A stretch of DNA of 64,000 bases, taken from NCBI GenBank assembly GCA_951406725.2, contig OX597833.1, forward strand, positions 4,588,001 through 4,652,000, given 5' to 3'. The notes under the pieces are model-generated. The model saw only the letters and a program-made list of their open reading frames with translations. It did no database searches and was not told the DNA's origin. Of this stretch, positions 1-11,308 are shown piece by piece; position 1 is the stretch's first letter; every line of letters begins with the position of its first letter. Source of the stretch: Octopus vulgaris. Lineage: Eukaryota. The translations under genes and the position numbers were made by a program.

Positions 1-112
1 TGACTCCCCGAATAGCTGTGGGGCTGGGACGAGCCACTGCAATTAAACATCAGTTTGGTTGGAGTTGACGATGACACGTTTGGTTTCAAAGGAGAGATTT
101 TGAATCCAGGAT
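1..112 (-). CDS. TMEM209: TMEM209 coding exon 4 (partial, runs off window)
   Basis: Acceptor ttcag at 113-114. Phase-compatible with the previous exon (G+AT=D). Reads DPGFKISPLKPNVSSSTPTKLMFNCSGSSQPHSYSGS, Ser/Pro-rich as expected after the TM region. Confidence 0.8.
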
Positions 113-246
113 CTGAAAGCAGAGATGGCGCTACTTGAAAGAAGGAATCCCTTAGGGTAGAGATTAACAATTTACAAAGCATTATTGCAATGGAATTGGA
201 AAGACAAGTGCAGAATTCCAAGAAAATAATGGAAACGAAAACTGAC

Positions 247-378
247 CTGTGTCATTAACTCCAAGCAAAGTCTTCTGTTTTGGTGTTAGCTCTATCTGGC
301 TACCCAGAATATAGGGCCACATCCAACAGACTAAGTCCACCAGGGTATTCAGACAGAACAGCAAAAAAAAGACAGATT
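247..378 (-). CDS. TMEM209: TMEM209 coding exon 3 (132 nt)
   Basis: polyT-tag acceptor, gtcagt donor. ESVFFLLFCLNTLVDLVCWMWPYILGSQIELTPKQKTLLGVNDT resembles TMEM209 'LFSLNALFDF...SPGQQTLLG'. Confidence 0.88.
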
Positions 379-499
379 CTATAAAAAAAAAAAAATCAAA
401 ACAATGAGGTCAATTAAGAGTAAAAAAAAACTGGGTATCGTTTAATAATAATAATAACAACAACAATAATAACAATAATAATAATAATCCTTTTTGCTA

Positions 500-870
500 T
501 AGGCACAAGGCCTGAAATTTGGGGGAGGGAATAATCAATTTCATCACTCCACCCCACCCCCAGTGTTTCACTGGTTTTTAATTTATTGATCCCAAAAGGA
601 AGACAGGCAAAGTCAACCTCGGCGGAATTTGAACTCAGAACGTAATGGCAGACGAAATACCTATTTCTTTACTACCCACAAGGGGCTAAACACAGAAGGG
701 ACAAACAAGGACAGACAAACGGATTAAGTCGATTACATCAACCCCAGTGCGTAACTGGTACTTAATTTATTGACCCCGAAAGGATGAAAGGCAAAGTCGA
801 CCTCAGCGGAATTTGAACTCAGAACGTAACGGCAGATGAAATACCACTAAGCATTTTGCCTGGCGTACGA
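500..870 (-). mobile_element. tRNA-derived SINE family B, tandem dimer
   Basis: Reverse complement of the GAGTTCAAATTCC...GCCTTTCATCCTTTCGGGGTCGATAAATTAAGTACCAG body seen in many copies in this window. Confidence 0.8.
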
Positions 871-1626
871 ATAATTCTGCTTTCTATTAGAAGGACAAGG
901 AATCTGGTCAACTGGCAGAACCACGAGCACACCAGACAAAATATTTGGCAGGATTTCATCCGTCTTTATGTTCTGGACTCAAATTCCACCATGGTCAACT
1001 TCAGCTTTCATCCTTTCAGGGGGTTAAGAAAACCAGTACTGGTCAAGTAACAGGGGTCAATGTAATTGACTAGACCCCTCCGCCGCCTCATCTCTCCCCT
1101 CAAAAACCATTGGCACTGTGCCAAAATTTGTAACTATTATAGGTACAATGCTGGAAATTCTGTGTGAAGTGGTAAATTGATTCCATCAAGTTCAATGTTG
1201 AATTGGTACTTTGTCTTATGAACCCCAAAAGGATATAAAAAATTAAATTTACCTCAGCAGGATTTGAACTCGGAATGTAAAGAACCAGAAAAAATGCTGC
1301 TAGGCCCCTCTGTCTGACATGCTAACAATTCTGCCAGCTTGCTGCCTAAATAATAATTCTTCCCAATTTTGGCACAAGGCCAGCAATTTCGAGGAGGGGG
1401 GGCAACTCAATTGCTGGTGCCACATAAAAAGCACCCAGTACACTATGTAGAGTGGTTGACATTAGGCAGGACATCCAGCTCTAGAAACCATACCAAAGCA
1501 GGCATTGGAGTTTGATGCAGTTCACTGTCCTGTTGGATCCTACTGAACTGCCCAATCCATGCCAATGAAAGACAGATGATAAATGATGATGATGATGATG
1601 CAAATAATAAAAAGAGGGGAACTTAC

Positions 1627-1685
1627 CTGCATACCATAAATTAGGATAAGAAACTTCAAAATATTGTTGTATGGCAAAGTAACGT
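1627..1685 (-). CDS. TMEM209: TMEM209 coding exon 2 (59 nt)
   Basis: ccacag acceptor, gtaagt donor. (I)RYFAIQQYFEVSYPNLWYA resembles 'SYYNVTYWPLWYIE'. Phases fit both neighbours. Confidence 0.88.
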
Positions 1686-1967
1686 CTGTGGAAAGAAGCA
1701 AGATGTTTAGTGAGAAATATCTCAACATAATAGAAACACGTGGAGATTTTTTTAAAGAATATTTTATCAACAGAACAGGTAATTAAAACAGATTGAACTT
1801 TACCAAACTCATCTTTTGTGTTACAATTAATTCCTGATAGGAAGGTTTGTAGAAGAGTTTGACATTTTTGGTATTTGCTTTGCCAGAGAAAACATTTCTT
1901 CTCTTCCTTACTCCCAGATAAAAAGGTACAGTTTAATAACTGAAAATATAAAATTTTTCTCTCCACA

Positions 1968-2121
1968 CAGTAGTTGGCATTAGGAAGGGCATCCAGCCGT
2001 AGAAATACTGCCAGATCAGACTGGGCCTGATGCAGCCTTTTGGCTTCACAGACCCCAGTTGAACCGTCCAACCCATGCTAGCATGGAAAGCGGACGCTAA
2101 ATGATGATGATGATGATGATG
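1968..2121 (+). mobile_element. RTE LINE 3' end fragment
   Basis: Ends ccatgctagcatggaaagcggacgctaa-(GAT)n, the same tail that is joined to RTE coding sequence at 25547-26243. Confidence 0.75.
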
Positions 2122-2231
2122 ACAGCAAAAGAATAAACCAAACTGTTCTAAGAACTTTCCTATAAATTTATTGTCCCCATAAAATAGGTGCAGGTGTTGT
2201 TAAGGAGTTTGCTCCCTAACCAAATGGAGCA

Positions 2232-2650
2232 TGCTACCTTCATTTTTCTCCAGTCTACATATGTCTTCTTCATTCAGAACCCACGTCTCACTATCATGGA
2301 GTATAACCGTTCACACACCAGCATCATATAGTCTACCTTTCACTCTGAGAGACAATCCTTTTGTTGCCAACAGAGGTAATAGCTCTGTGAACTTCCTCCA
2401 CCCAAATCTTATTCTAGAAATAATACTTTCAGAGCATCCTCCACCATTGCTAATTTGGTCACCTAGGTAACAGAAACTATCTAAAACCTCAAGAGAGCCT
2501 CCAGGGCATTTGAGAGAATCTAAGTCCCGTGTGCTCTTACTGCTTATTGTTCCTGCACATCTACCACATACAAAGACTACTTTTTCTGTTAATCTACTGG
2601 TGCAAAATGGACATTGAGCACAGGCCTTGTGCAAACTAAGTTTACGCTCC
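2232..2650 (-). mobile_element. RTE-clade LINE ORF2 fragment
   Basis: LEVLDSFCYLGDQISNGGGCSESIISRIRFGWRKFTELLPLL...KGRLYDAGV, typical RTE post-RT region. Confidence 0.85.
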
Positions 2651-2758
2651 ACATAGCTAGACGGGTTCAGAAGAAAAGCTGTAGTATTTAATTATTATTA
2701 TTATTATCATCATTATACAAATTACATGGAATCATGCTGTAAATCATACAGTTCTATA

Positions 2759-2979
2759 TTTAACCCTTTTAATACCAACCCGGCCAAAACCGGCTCTGGC
2801 TCTGTAGTTTAGAATTAAAGTTTAGAATTAAAACATTCCACCAAACCTTAGTCATAATTTATGTTCCTAACACTAGTTTAATGATAACTAAGTTATTTTA
2901 CTGAATTCATTGTTATATTTAAAATTAATTGAAAGAAACACAGAGCATCTCAAAATAAATACAGTAATGGAAGGGTTAA
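2759..2979. mobile_element. piggyBac-like MITE family A
   Basis: TTAA-CCCTT...AAGGG-TTAA ends. A reverse copy is at 53899-54126. Confidence 0.75.
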
Positions 2980-2984
2980 GAGGA

Positions 2985-3293
2985 ATTATTTCCATTTGAT
3001 GGATATTTGTTCCCATCTTGTTTGTTGTTGACACAACGTTTCGGCTGATATACCCTCCAGCCTTCATCGGGTGTCTTGGGGAAATTTCGAACCTGGGTTC
3101 TCATTCCTAAGGTATTCTTCGATAATAATAATAATAATAATAACATCGAAGATTACCTTAGGAATGAGAACCCAGGTCGCGAAATTTCCCCAAGACACCC
3201 GATGAAGGCTGAAGGGTATATCAGCCGAAATGTTGTGTTAACAACAAACAAGATGAGGACAAATATCCGTCAAATATTAATAATGGAAATAAT
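2985..3293. mobile_element. Inverted dimer of a Penelope-type hammerhead-bearing element
   Basis: ~140 bp inverted arms around (AAT)n. Each arm has a hammerhead-like core (3030-3075 minus, 3194-3239 plus). Confidence 0.7.
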
Positions 3294-3437
3294 GCTGTAA
3301 ATCTTTTAGACCAAGAGATCTGCTGCTACATAATCCAACATGTGAGCAACACTTGGGTATCTCAGCAAATACAAAAATAAAACTCGTTGAGAAAGCAAAA
3401 ACAAGTCCATGGGAGAAATAAGAAAATGATTACTTAC

Positions 3438-3568
3438 ATATCAATATAGAGAATGAAGGCCAGCAGGAGATTGAAAGCTGCCCAAAACAGGGAATTCTGT
3501 GAGTATCTCCATAGTTTCTGCTTCCTTAAGACTGCATTAATAAAGGGAGTGGCAATTGTTCTTACCAT
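3438..3568 (-). CDS. TMEM209: TMEM209 coding exon 1 (ATG at 3568)
   Basis: Acceptor at 3571-3572, gtaagt donor at 3437. MVRTIATPFINAVLRKQKLWRYSQNSLFWAAFNLLLAFILYID matches the TMEM209 N-terminus and first TM ('LAWGLLNVSMAGMIYTEM'). Confidence 0.88.
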
Positions 3569-3611
3569 TTCTAAATAAAAATAACAAGAGTTATAATCAC
3601 AATAACAATCC

Positions 3612-3828
3612 TTTAACCCTTTGCTATTTAAACCGGCCATAATATTTAATGTTTTATGTTGAAACTGACCAGATCCAGGCTCTCACACCTACCCTACAAT
3701 GTTATTCTACATTAAGTAATTACACCATCAAGATCTTGAAGATATGAGATAATGCATGACTAATTCAAATTAATGGGAATCAATAAGCATTATGTTTGAT
3801 TGAATAATCTGAACACTAAAGAGTTAAA
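3612..3828. mobile_element. piggyBac-like MITE family B
   Basis: ttaaccctt...aagagttaa ends. Related copies at 19262, 48032 and 52179. Confidence 0.65.
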
Positions 3829-4211
3829 CCAACCATGTCCGACCCAGATATTCTGCTTTATGCTTAAACCAGCCACATCCTGTCTCTCACACGTGCCCTA
3901 CAATGTCATTCTAAAAATAAACAATCACATCAACATCCTTATCTTGACATCGTATGATATTTGTAAATGAGTGTATTTCGTTGGCCATTTTCCATGTTCC
4001 ATGAAAACATGTCTAGCCATGGGGCAATACTACTTCGTTTAGAAATAGGTGGGTGTCGGTGAGAAGAAGTGCATCAGGCTGCAGAATGAAATAAGTTCCG
4101 TCTGACCCATGCAAACAAGGACAGCTGGGAGTTACAACGATGAAAAGAGGTCTGCTTGATCAGGAGTGACCCGGGGTTAAACAACAACAGTAAATGAGGA
4201 TGCTGGGGTAG

Positions 4212-4375
4212 AGGATGGCTGTGTGGTAAGTAGCTTGCTTACCAACCACATGGTTCCAGGTTCAGTCCCACTGCGTGGCATCTTGGACAAGTGTCTTCTG
4301 CTATAGCCCCGGGCCGACCAATGCCTTGTGAGTGGATTTGGTAGACGGAAACTGAAAGAAGCCTGTCGTATATAT

Positions 4376-4415
<40 letters not shown>

Positions 4416-4602
4416 TTGTCCCCCTAGCATTGCTTGACAACCGATGCTGGTGTGTTTATGTCCCCGTCACTTAGCGGTTCGGCAAAAAGAGACCGATAGA
4501 ATAAGTACTGGGCTTACAAAGAATAAGTCCCGGGGTCGATTTGCTCGACTAAAGGCGGTGCTCCAGCATGGCCGCAGTCAAATGACTGAAACAAGTAAAA
4601 AA
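4212..4602 (+). mobile_element. tRNA-derived SINE family A, full length
   Basis: A box TGGCTGTGTGG, B box GGTTCAGTCCC, internal (TA/TG)n, tail gactgaaacaagtaaaa. Many near-identical copies in the window. Confidence 0.85.
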
Positions 4603-5046
4603 AAGAGAGAGAGAAGTGAAATAATCGACTCTTTCCTTAGAATTCCAAAGAACTACAAAAACTGTCAGAACGTTTTGTTTTGGGACAACCATTCTTGTTG
4701 AATCACGAGAAGTCTTGTAACGGAGACGCTAAGGAACTTTTCCATGCTGATGTCCATAACGAAAGTGTGCAGAACATGTGATGGAATCAATTTATATTGA
4801 TTTGTATTCCTGTCTAAGACATTCTAAACGCGAATGGAATTATACCAGAAGAGATATGTTCTCTGTGTAGTTTGTATTGCCATGGGGGTTAGATTACCCT
4901 AACGGGTTGTATGTAAGCTTGTTCTCTGGACGCATCACCAAATCTCTCTGTTGCAAAGTTCCGAGTTTCTAACCAGAGACTTTTACATTTAAAGAACTGC
5001 ACACATACATACAAACAGTTCTTAGTTTCTGTTGTGAGCTGTACTC

Positions 5047-5264
5047 TTTACTCTTTTACTTGTTTCAGTCATTTGACTGCGGCCATGCTGGAGCACCGCC
5101 TTTAGTCGAGCAAATCGACCCCGGGACTTATTCTTTGTAAGCGCAGTACTTATTCTATCGGTCCCTTTTTGCCGAACCGCTATGTGACGGGGACGTAAAC
5201 ACACCAGCATCGGTTGTCAAGCAATGCTAGGGGGACAAACACAGACACACAAACACATACACAC

Positions 5265-5309
<45 letters not shown>

Positions 5310-5465
5310 TACGACGGGCTTCTTTCAGTTTCCGTCTACCAAATCCACTCACAAGGCTTTGGTCGGCCCGAGGCTATAGTAGAAGACACTTGCCCAAGAT
5401 GCCACGCAGTGGGACTGAACCCGAACCATGTGGTTGGTAAGCAAGCTACTTACCACACACCCACT
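5047..5465 (-). mobile_element. SINE family A
   Basis: Reverse complement of 4212-4602. Confidence 0.85.
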
Positions 5466-6021
5466 TGAACGATTCCAAGAGTTTTGCTTGTTTTTTTCTT
5501 CTTTACCAGTCAAATAGTTCACCCCTTTCTGACAGTCTTACATAACGGATTGAGACAGAGAGATTCAAGATCGATCAGTACTTGATTGATATTTTCGATC
5601 TTGTCGTTTATCCATCGATGAATAGATAAGGTAAAGTTTAAAAGCAATACTTCGGTATTCGTACCAGAAGCGTCCGTTTATTGTACTACTTAAGAATCGG
5701 CCGTTTTACATTGCCGGTTTAAACTCTAAACTTTACATCGTCCGAAGAGAATTAGTCATCATTCTTCCGGGAGAGATTACTATAAAAAAAAAAAGACCAA
5801 TTCTAAGTTCCGTTTGTATCGTTTACGGACACGTTTATCTTGTATAGAATTATTTACCTTTATATGTTTGTGTGTGTGTGATATCTAAGTGGGGAGGCTG
5901 AATTAAGATACCAAGTAGGGACTGATGGAATTATAAACAAGTGGTTAGTAACTTCGAAACATAATGGAAAGAAAAAAGAACAGAAATTGTTTTGAAAACA
6001 CCTCGGATACACAATTCGAAA

Positions 6022-6033
6022 ACATACATATAG

Positions 6034-6066
<33 letters not shown>

Positions 6067-6289
6067 CATATATATACACACACAAATATATATATATATA
6101 CATATATATACACACAAATATATATACACATACATATACACACACACATATATACACACACATATATATATACACACACGCATATATATACACACATATA
6201 TATATATACACACGTATATACACACACACATATATATATACACCATATATACACACACACACATATATATATATATATACACCATAAAT

Positions 6290-6328
<39 letters not shown>

Positions 6329-6382
6329 CACCATATATACACACACATATATATATATACACCATATATACACACACACACA
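6022..6382. repeat. Compound (CA)n/(TA)n microsatellite
   Basis: Directly visible. Confidence 0.95.
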
Positions 6383-6474
6383 ATAGAAGGGTGAGACTAC
6401 ATTACTTTTAAGACTGTAATAAAATCTATTTTAAATTATATATATTACAAATAATAATTAAGGGAGATCCTCAC

Positions 6475-6545
6475 CTGGGTTTCCTCTTAATTAATTAACT
6501 GTCATCGCATTAGAATAACCCGCGTGTTGAGCGGCAACAGGAAGT
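6475..6545 (-). other. TMEM209: Probable non-coding first exon of TMEM209
   Basis: Strong donor CAG|gtgagg at 6475/6474 in a CpG-containing unique segment next to an ETS motif. The 5' end is approximate. Confidence 0.55.
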
Positions 6546-6957
6546 GGTGTTACGGAGTGAATAACTTAACCCCGACTGAAGCAGAAAGTGATTGACTTTA
6601 TATAATCGATTTAATCGATTATATAAAGTCAATTTTACTTGAGAAGTTTTGGGTTTAATTAATTATGCCTCTCTCGCCTCAGAAGTTTTAATAAACGCAA
6701 AGAAAAATATTGTTGTGTCCGTTTAAATCTGAATTAAAAATTTCAAATGGGAGAATCAAATTATTCACTGCAAAAGTGAGATTTTATTTTTAAATAAATT
6801 TAGGAAAGACAATGAACATTTTATCTGGGGAAAATAAAAAGAATTTTATATCTCTAACGCGTGCACACACATACTGATAGACAGATTCACACATACACAT
6901 ACATAAATGTATATACATACATACATATATATACATACATACATACATATATATACA

Positions 6958-6993
<36 letters not shown>

Positions 6994-6998
6994 CATTC

Positions 6999-7084
<86 letters not shown>

Positions 7085-7276
7085 GCATACATATATATAT
7101 ATATTTATTTATTTATTTATCTATATCAGGCTAAACATTGCCATTTCTGTATTTCTATCAATTTCTTTTTTTAACATAAATTCGAAATAATTGTCTTCGT
7201 TTCGTCGGCAGCGGAAGTTCATTTTTCCACTCACTTCCGGTTGGAGCCGCTTTCAAACAAAACCGCGATTCCGACG
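6538..7276. promoter_or_regulatory. Bidirectional promoter between TMEM209 and LSM3
   Basis: Divergent first exons ~0.7 kb apart. ETS/GABP-type motifs CAGGAAGTG 6538-6546, GCGGAAGTT 7211-7219, CACTTCCGG 7232-7240. Confidence 0.6.
6888..7120. repeat. (TACA)n/(TA)n microsatellite within the bidirectional promoter
   Basis: Directly visible. Confidence 0.95.
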
Positions 7277-7297
7277 ATGACAGACGAACAGGAACAG
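7277..7297 (+). CDS. LSM3: LSM3 (U6 snRNA-associated Sm-like protein) exon 1
   Basis: ATG ACA GAC GAA CAG GAA CAG|gtcagc = MTDEQEQ. Joins exon 2 in phase 0 and gives a 102-aa protein. Confidence 0.85.
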
Positions 7298-7770
7298 GTC
7301 AGCCTCTCTGTTTACTCCTTTAAACAATAAACAAAACGTCCGCCAGTAAAATCCTTCTATCGACAACATCATTATAAACTACTAAACAATAATATAAGCC
7401 CATTGTGGCATTGTAGCATTTCCCTTGCCCCGAACAAATTAGAATCCCCACACGCACCGACCCTCTTTTCCGCAATTAAGGAACTGCACGTGTTTCGCAT
7501 GTCTTTACCCTTTTCTAGTTCCTTATTATTTGCTTTGCCGCCCTATTATTTATGTCAGCACGTCGGGCGAAATGCTTAGCGGTCGCCGAGGTCGACTTTG
7601 CCTTTCATTCTTTCGGGATCGATAAATTAAGTACCAGTTACGCACTGGGGTCGATATAATCGACTTAATCCGTTTGTCTGTCCTTGTTTGTCCCCTCTGT
7701 GTTTAGCCCCTTGTGGGCAGTAAAGAAATATATTTATTGTTCGTGTGTTCGTGCTTGTTACAGACTAAGC

Positions 7771-7972
7771 CAGTGCTTTTCAAACTTTTTGGCTGGAGCG
7801 GAACTCCAACGAAACATTCCACTGGCTCGAGGAACCCCTGTGCAATAACTTAATTGTCTTATGCACACATACCTGCACAGGAGAATTAAAAATTACTGCC
7901 GATTTTAGCAGTTTTGTAACTTCTTGCGGAACCCCTGGACTGTACTGGCAGAACCCTGGTTGAAAACCACTG
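7771..7972. mobile_element. hAT (Charlie-like) MITE
   Basis: CAGTG...CACTG TIRs and a perfect 8-bp TSD GACTAAGC (7763-7770, 7973-7980). Confidence 0.9.
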
Positions 7973-8242
7973 GACTAAGCAGTCTTTATTCGCTTATAAC
8001 CTTCAGGTTTGTCGTGTTAGTCTCTGTCAAACACTGTATCAAAAACCCAACCCACCTACTGATAAGTTTAAATTCACCAAGTGCAACAACTAAATAGTCT
8101 TCCGAGTGTCTGTATGTATATGTGTGTGGTAGATAGAAACTCTAGGACCCTGTTATATTTATCGCTTTTGGCGGCGGATCTGAACATCGCCGGTTTACCG
8201 GTGACCCTCGAACAAAGTCCCCTGTTTAGTTGCTCTGCCTTG

Positions 8243-8965
8243 TATAATAATAATAATGAAATTATTGTATACAGTGCTCAGGTGCACCACAACTTGTCAA
8301 AAGTGCGTATAAAGCATCTGCAGTAATGTACATATGTTTGGGAAGTGAACAATGTATGAGTCAGATACATGCTTGTGTGTGTATGGAGGGGAGAAAATCA
8401 GGTGTAGTGTTGGCGAATCTCAGAAAGCATGGAAGTTTTGAAGGATGCAGTGCTCCGACAACTAACAACTGATGCCGGCAGTTTGTTCCATGCTTCAGCA
8501 ACTCTTAGCATGAAAAAATGCTTCCTAAAGTCATGGGAGCTGTGCTGTTTTCTGACTTTGTAAACATGTCCACAAGTGTTAGATGGGTGGAGTTTGAAAA
8601 GGTGCTCAGAGTTATTGTTTGTAAGATGGTTAATACTTTTATGGGTGTCTGCCAAGTCAGCTGCCAGATGTAGGAGTTTCAATGTGTCCATGCCCAGGGA
8701 AGTAAGGCGTTCAGAATATGGCAGATGCCTGATGGAAGGTATTCTTTTGGTTGCACGTCACTGAACGGCTTCCAGACGATTAATATCCTGGGCAAGATAG
8801 GGGTCCCAGACAGGTGATGCAAATTCCAGGTGAGGTCGCACCATAGCTATATAAAGCCGTAGATAGATATCTGGAGAGCAGCTCACAAAGGACTTGGTGA
8901 GTGATGCCAAGACACCCTCAGCCTTCTTGGCAATTTTAGCAATGTATATTTCATTGATTCTCATT
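8243..8965 (-). mobile_element. CR1/L2-group LINE 3' portion
   Basis: LYIAMVRPHLEFASPVWDPYLAQDINRLEAVQ*RATK...FFMLRVAEAWNKLP, with an internal stop and an (ATT)n tail. Confidence 0.88.
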
Positions 8966-9235
8966 TGTCCTTATCGCTGTCAAAAGTTCAATGACTTAAA
9001 GATTGCCCCATTGGAAAATCTGTAACCGAAAACCATATTAAGAACCTGTGTATTCCTCACAGGCACCTCTTGCCAAAAACATGTCTTTACAATTTCTGTT
9101 CGAGCTCTTTATTTACTCAGTTCAAATCCCAAAAATGCATGCTACAGGCATAAACATCACCACATCACACCAGTTTTGGTTATTGAACTGCCCAAATGTC
9201 TAATATTTCCCTTTGTTTTGTTTCTGTTACCATAG

Positions 9236-9343
9236 CAACCGACACAGACGGTAGAAGAGCCCCTGGATTTAATTCGCCTCAGTTTAGATGAACGAATTTA
9301 CGTAAAGATGAGAAACGACCGGGAACTTCGCGGTCGACTACAC
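9236..9343 (+). CDS. LSM3: LSM3 exon 2
   Basis: catag acceptor, gtgagt donor. [36 protein letters not shown] is the LSm3 Sm1 motif. Confidence 0.97.
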
Positions 9344-9412
9344 GTGAGTTTGATTATGCTAATTTCCTCAGTTAAATTTTAGAGACAAGTGTTATAGAGC
9401 TGTATGTAACTA

Positions 9413-9820
9413 GGATCTTTTCGATTTCAACGGCAGTTTTTAAAAATAATTTCCACGTAACTAAACACTTTTAAACTTCGTATACTGGTAGAATGTGTTT
9501 AGAAAACATCTTTTTCTCTTGGCTTTATTGAGAAAATTCTATAGTTTGTAAGATATTTGTTGTTTTTTTCTTCAATTTCTGAAATTTCAACCAATCAATG
9601 ACGTCTATTGAGGTGAAAGCATTCTGTGCTGTATGACTATGTCCCTCGTTTAAGAAACAGATTGGGTTTATTTACATTGCTGAAGAAAAAATGATATCTT
9701 CCCCCCAACCCTAACCCTAAAACAGATTGAAATGCAATAGATTGATACTAGGGTCGTAATTATGGGTGACAATTTCATATGACGCCACTAGAAAAACTGC
9801 CGTTCAAACCGAAAAGATAC
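9413..9820. mobile_element. Non-autonomous DNA transposon, GG-starting TIRs (Merlin/MULE-like)
   Basis: ~29-bp TIRs ggatcttttcgatttcaacggcagttttt / aaaaactgccgttcaaaccgaaaagatac. 8-bp TSD TGTAACTA. Confidence 0.8.
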
Positions 9821-10489
9821 TGTAACTATTAATAGGTATTATCATTTAATGTCCATTTTTCCATGCTGGCATGGGTCGGATGTTACGACAGGAGCAGGCA
9901 TGTAACAGAGGTGCACCAGGGTGCACTTGTCTGTTTTGGCATGGCTTCCACAGCTGGATGCCCTTCCTAATGCCCACCCCTTCACAGACTGTACTTGGTG
10001 TTTTTCACTTGAGCTCACTAGGGGGCACTGGGTGTTTAGATGCCTTTTCTTTTGAATACTCTCTCTCTCTTTTACTCTTTTACGTCATTTGACTGCGGCC
10101 ATGCTGGAGCACCGCCTTTAATCGAGCAACTCGACCCCGGGACTTATTCTTTGTAAGCCCGGCACTTATTCTATTGGTCTATATTCTATATATACTATAT
10201 TCTACTTATTCTATATATAAATATATATTTATGTTCAAATCTTTAAACCTGGTTCCATGCACATACTTTCAAAGAAGCTTTTGTTGGAGTTAGAATATGA
10301 ATATAATACCTGGTGGTTGTTTGGTTAAGATGTTTACTTCCCAACCATGCCATTTGGGGTTCAGTCTCATTATATACACCTTGAACAAACGACTTTTACT
10401 TTAGCCCCGAGCCAACCAAAGCTGCAAAAATATGATCTGGTGGATGGAAAGTAACTGAAAGAAGCTTGTTTTACATACGTGTGTAGCAG

Positions 10490-10876
10490 CTGTCTGGCAT
10501 GTAAAGAGCACCATTTGAGCGTGATCGATGTCAGCGTCGCCTCACTGGCACTTGTGCTGGTGGCACATGAACAAAACATTTGAGTGAGGTCGTTGCCAGT
10601 GCTGTTGGACTGACTCCTGTGCAGGTGGCATGTAAAAAACACCATTTGAGTGTGGCCATTGCCAGTACCACCAGACTGGCCCTCATGCCGGTGGCACTTT
10701 AAAAGCACCCACTACACTCTCAGAGTGGTTGGCGTTAGGAAGGGCATCCCGCCATAGAAACTCTGCCAGATCAGATTGGAACCTTGCACAGTGCAGCCAT
10801 CTGGTTCGCCTGCCCTCAGTCAAATTGTCCAACCCATGCTAGCATGGAAAGTGGACGCTAAACGATGATGATGATA
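10490..10876 (+). mobile_element. RTE 3'UTR fragment with 3-4 diverged ~66-bp units
   Basis: gtggcacgtaaaaagcaccatt-type units, then the RTE tail and (GAT)n. Confidence 0.75.
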
Positions 10877-11212
10877 TATATCAGTAGTGAAGTTTTTTTG
10901 CCAACAGAATGTGGTGCTCCTATGACAATGTTACTGTCATGGGCTGGACAGTTTGGCAGGAGCTGGAGAGCTGCACCAGGACCCAATTGCCAAATGTCTG
11001 CTTTTGCCTGGTTTCTATGGCTAGGTATCCTTCCTTAATGCCAACCATTTTACAGAGTCTGCTGGGGTGCTTTTTACTTGGTGCCAGCACAGGAGCTTTT
11101 CATGTGGGACCAGTCCAAGTGCTATTTTTGTTACGTCTTAGTGAATAAATAAATGTCTCAATTGTGTGTGTAATTAACCATGATGTGACGGAGTATTTGT
11201 TTTGTGTTTCAG

Positions 11213-11308
11213 GCGTATGACCAACATTTAAATATGATTCTTGGAGATGTTGAAGAAACCGTGACAACAGTGGAAATTGATGAGGAAACATATGAAGAGA
11301 TCTACAAA
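11213..11308 (+). CDS. LSM3: LSM3 exon 3
   Basis: tttcag acceptor, gtatgt donor. Reads [32 protein letters not shown]. Confidence 0.97.

Noticed and set aside
4620-5010. Possible decayed mariner transposase between the inverted SINEs
   Set aside because: Only faint motif resemblance and no frame can be reconstructed by eye.
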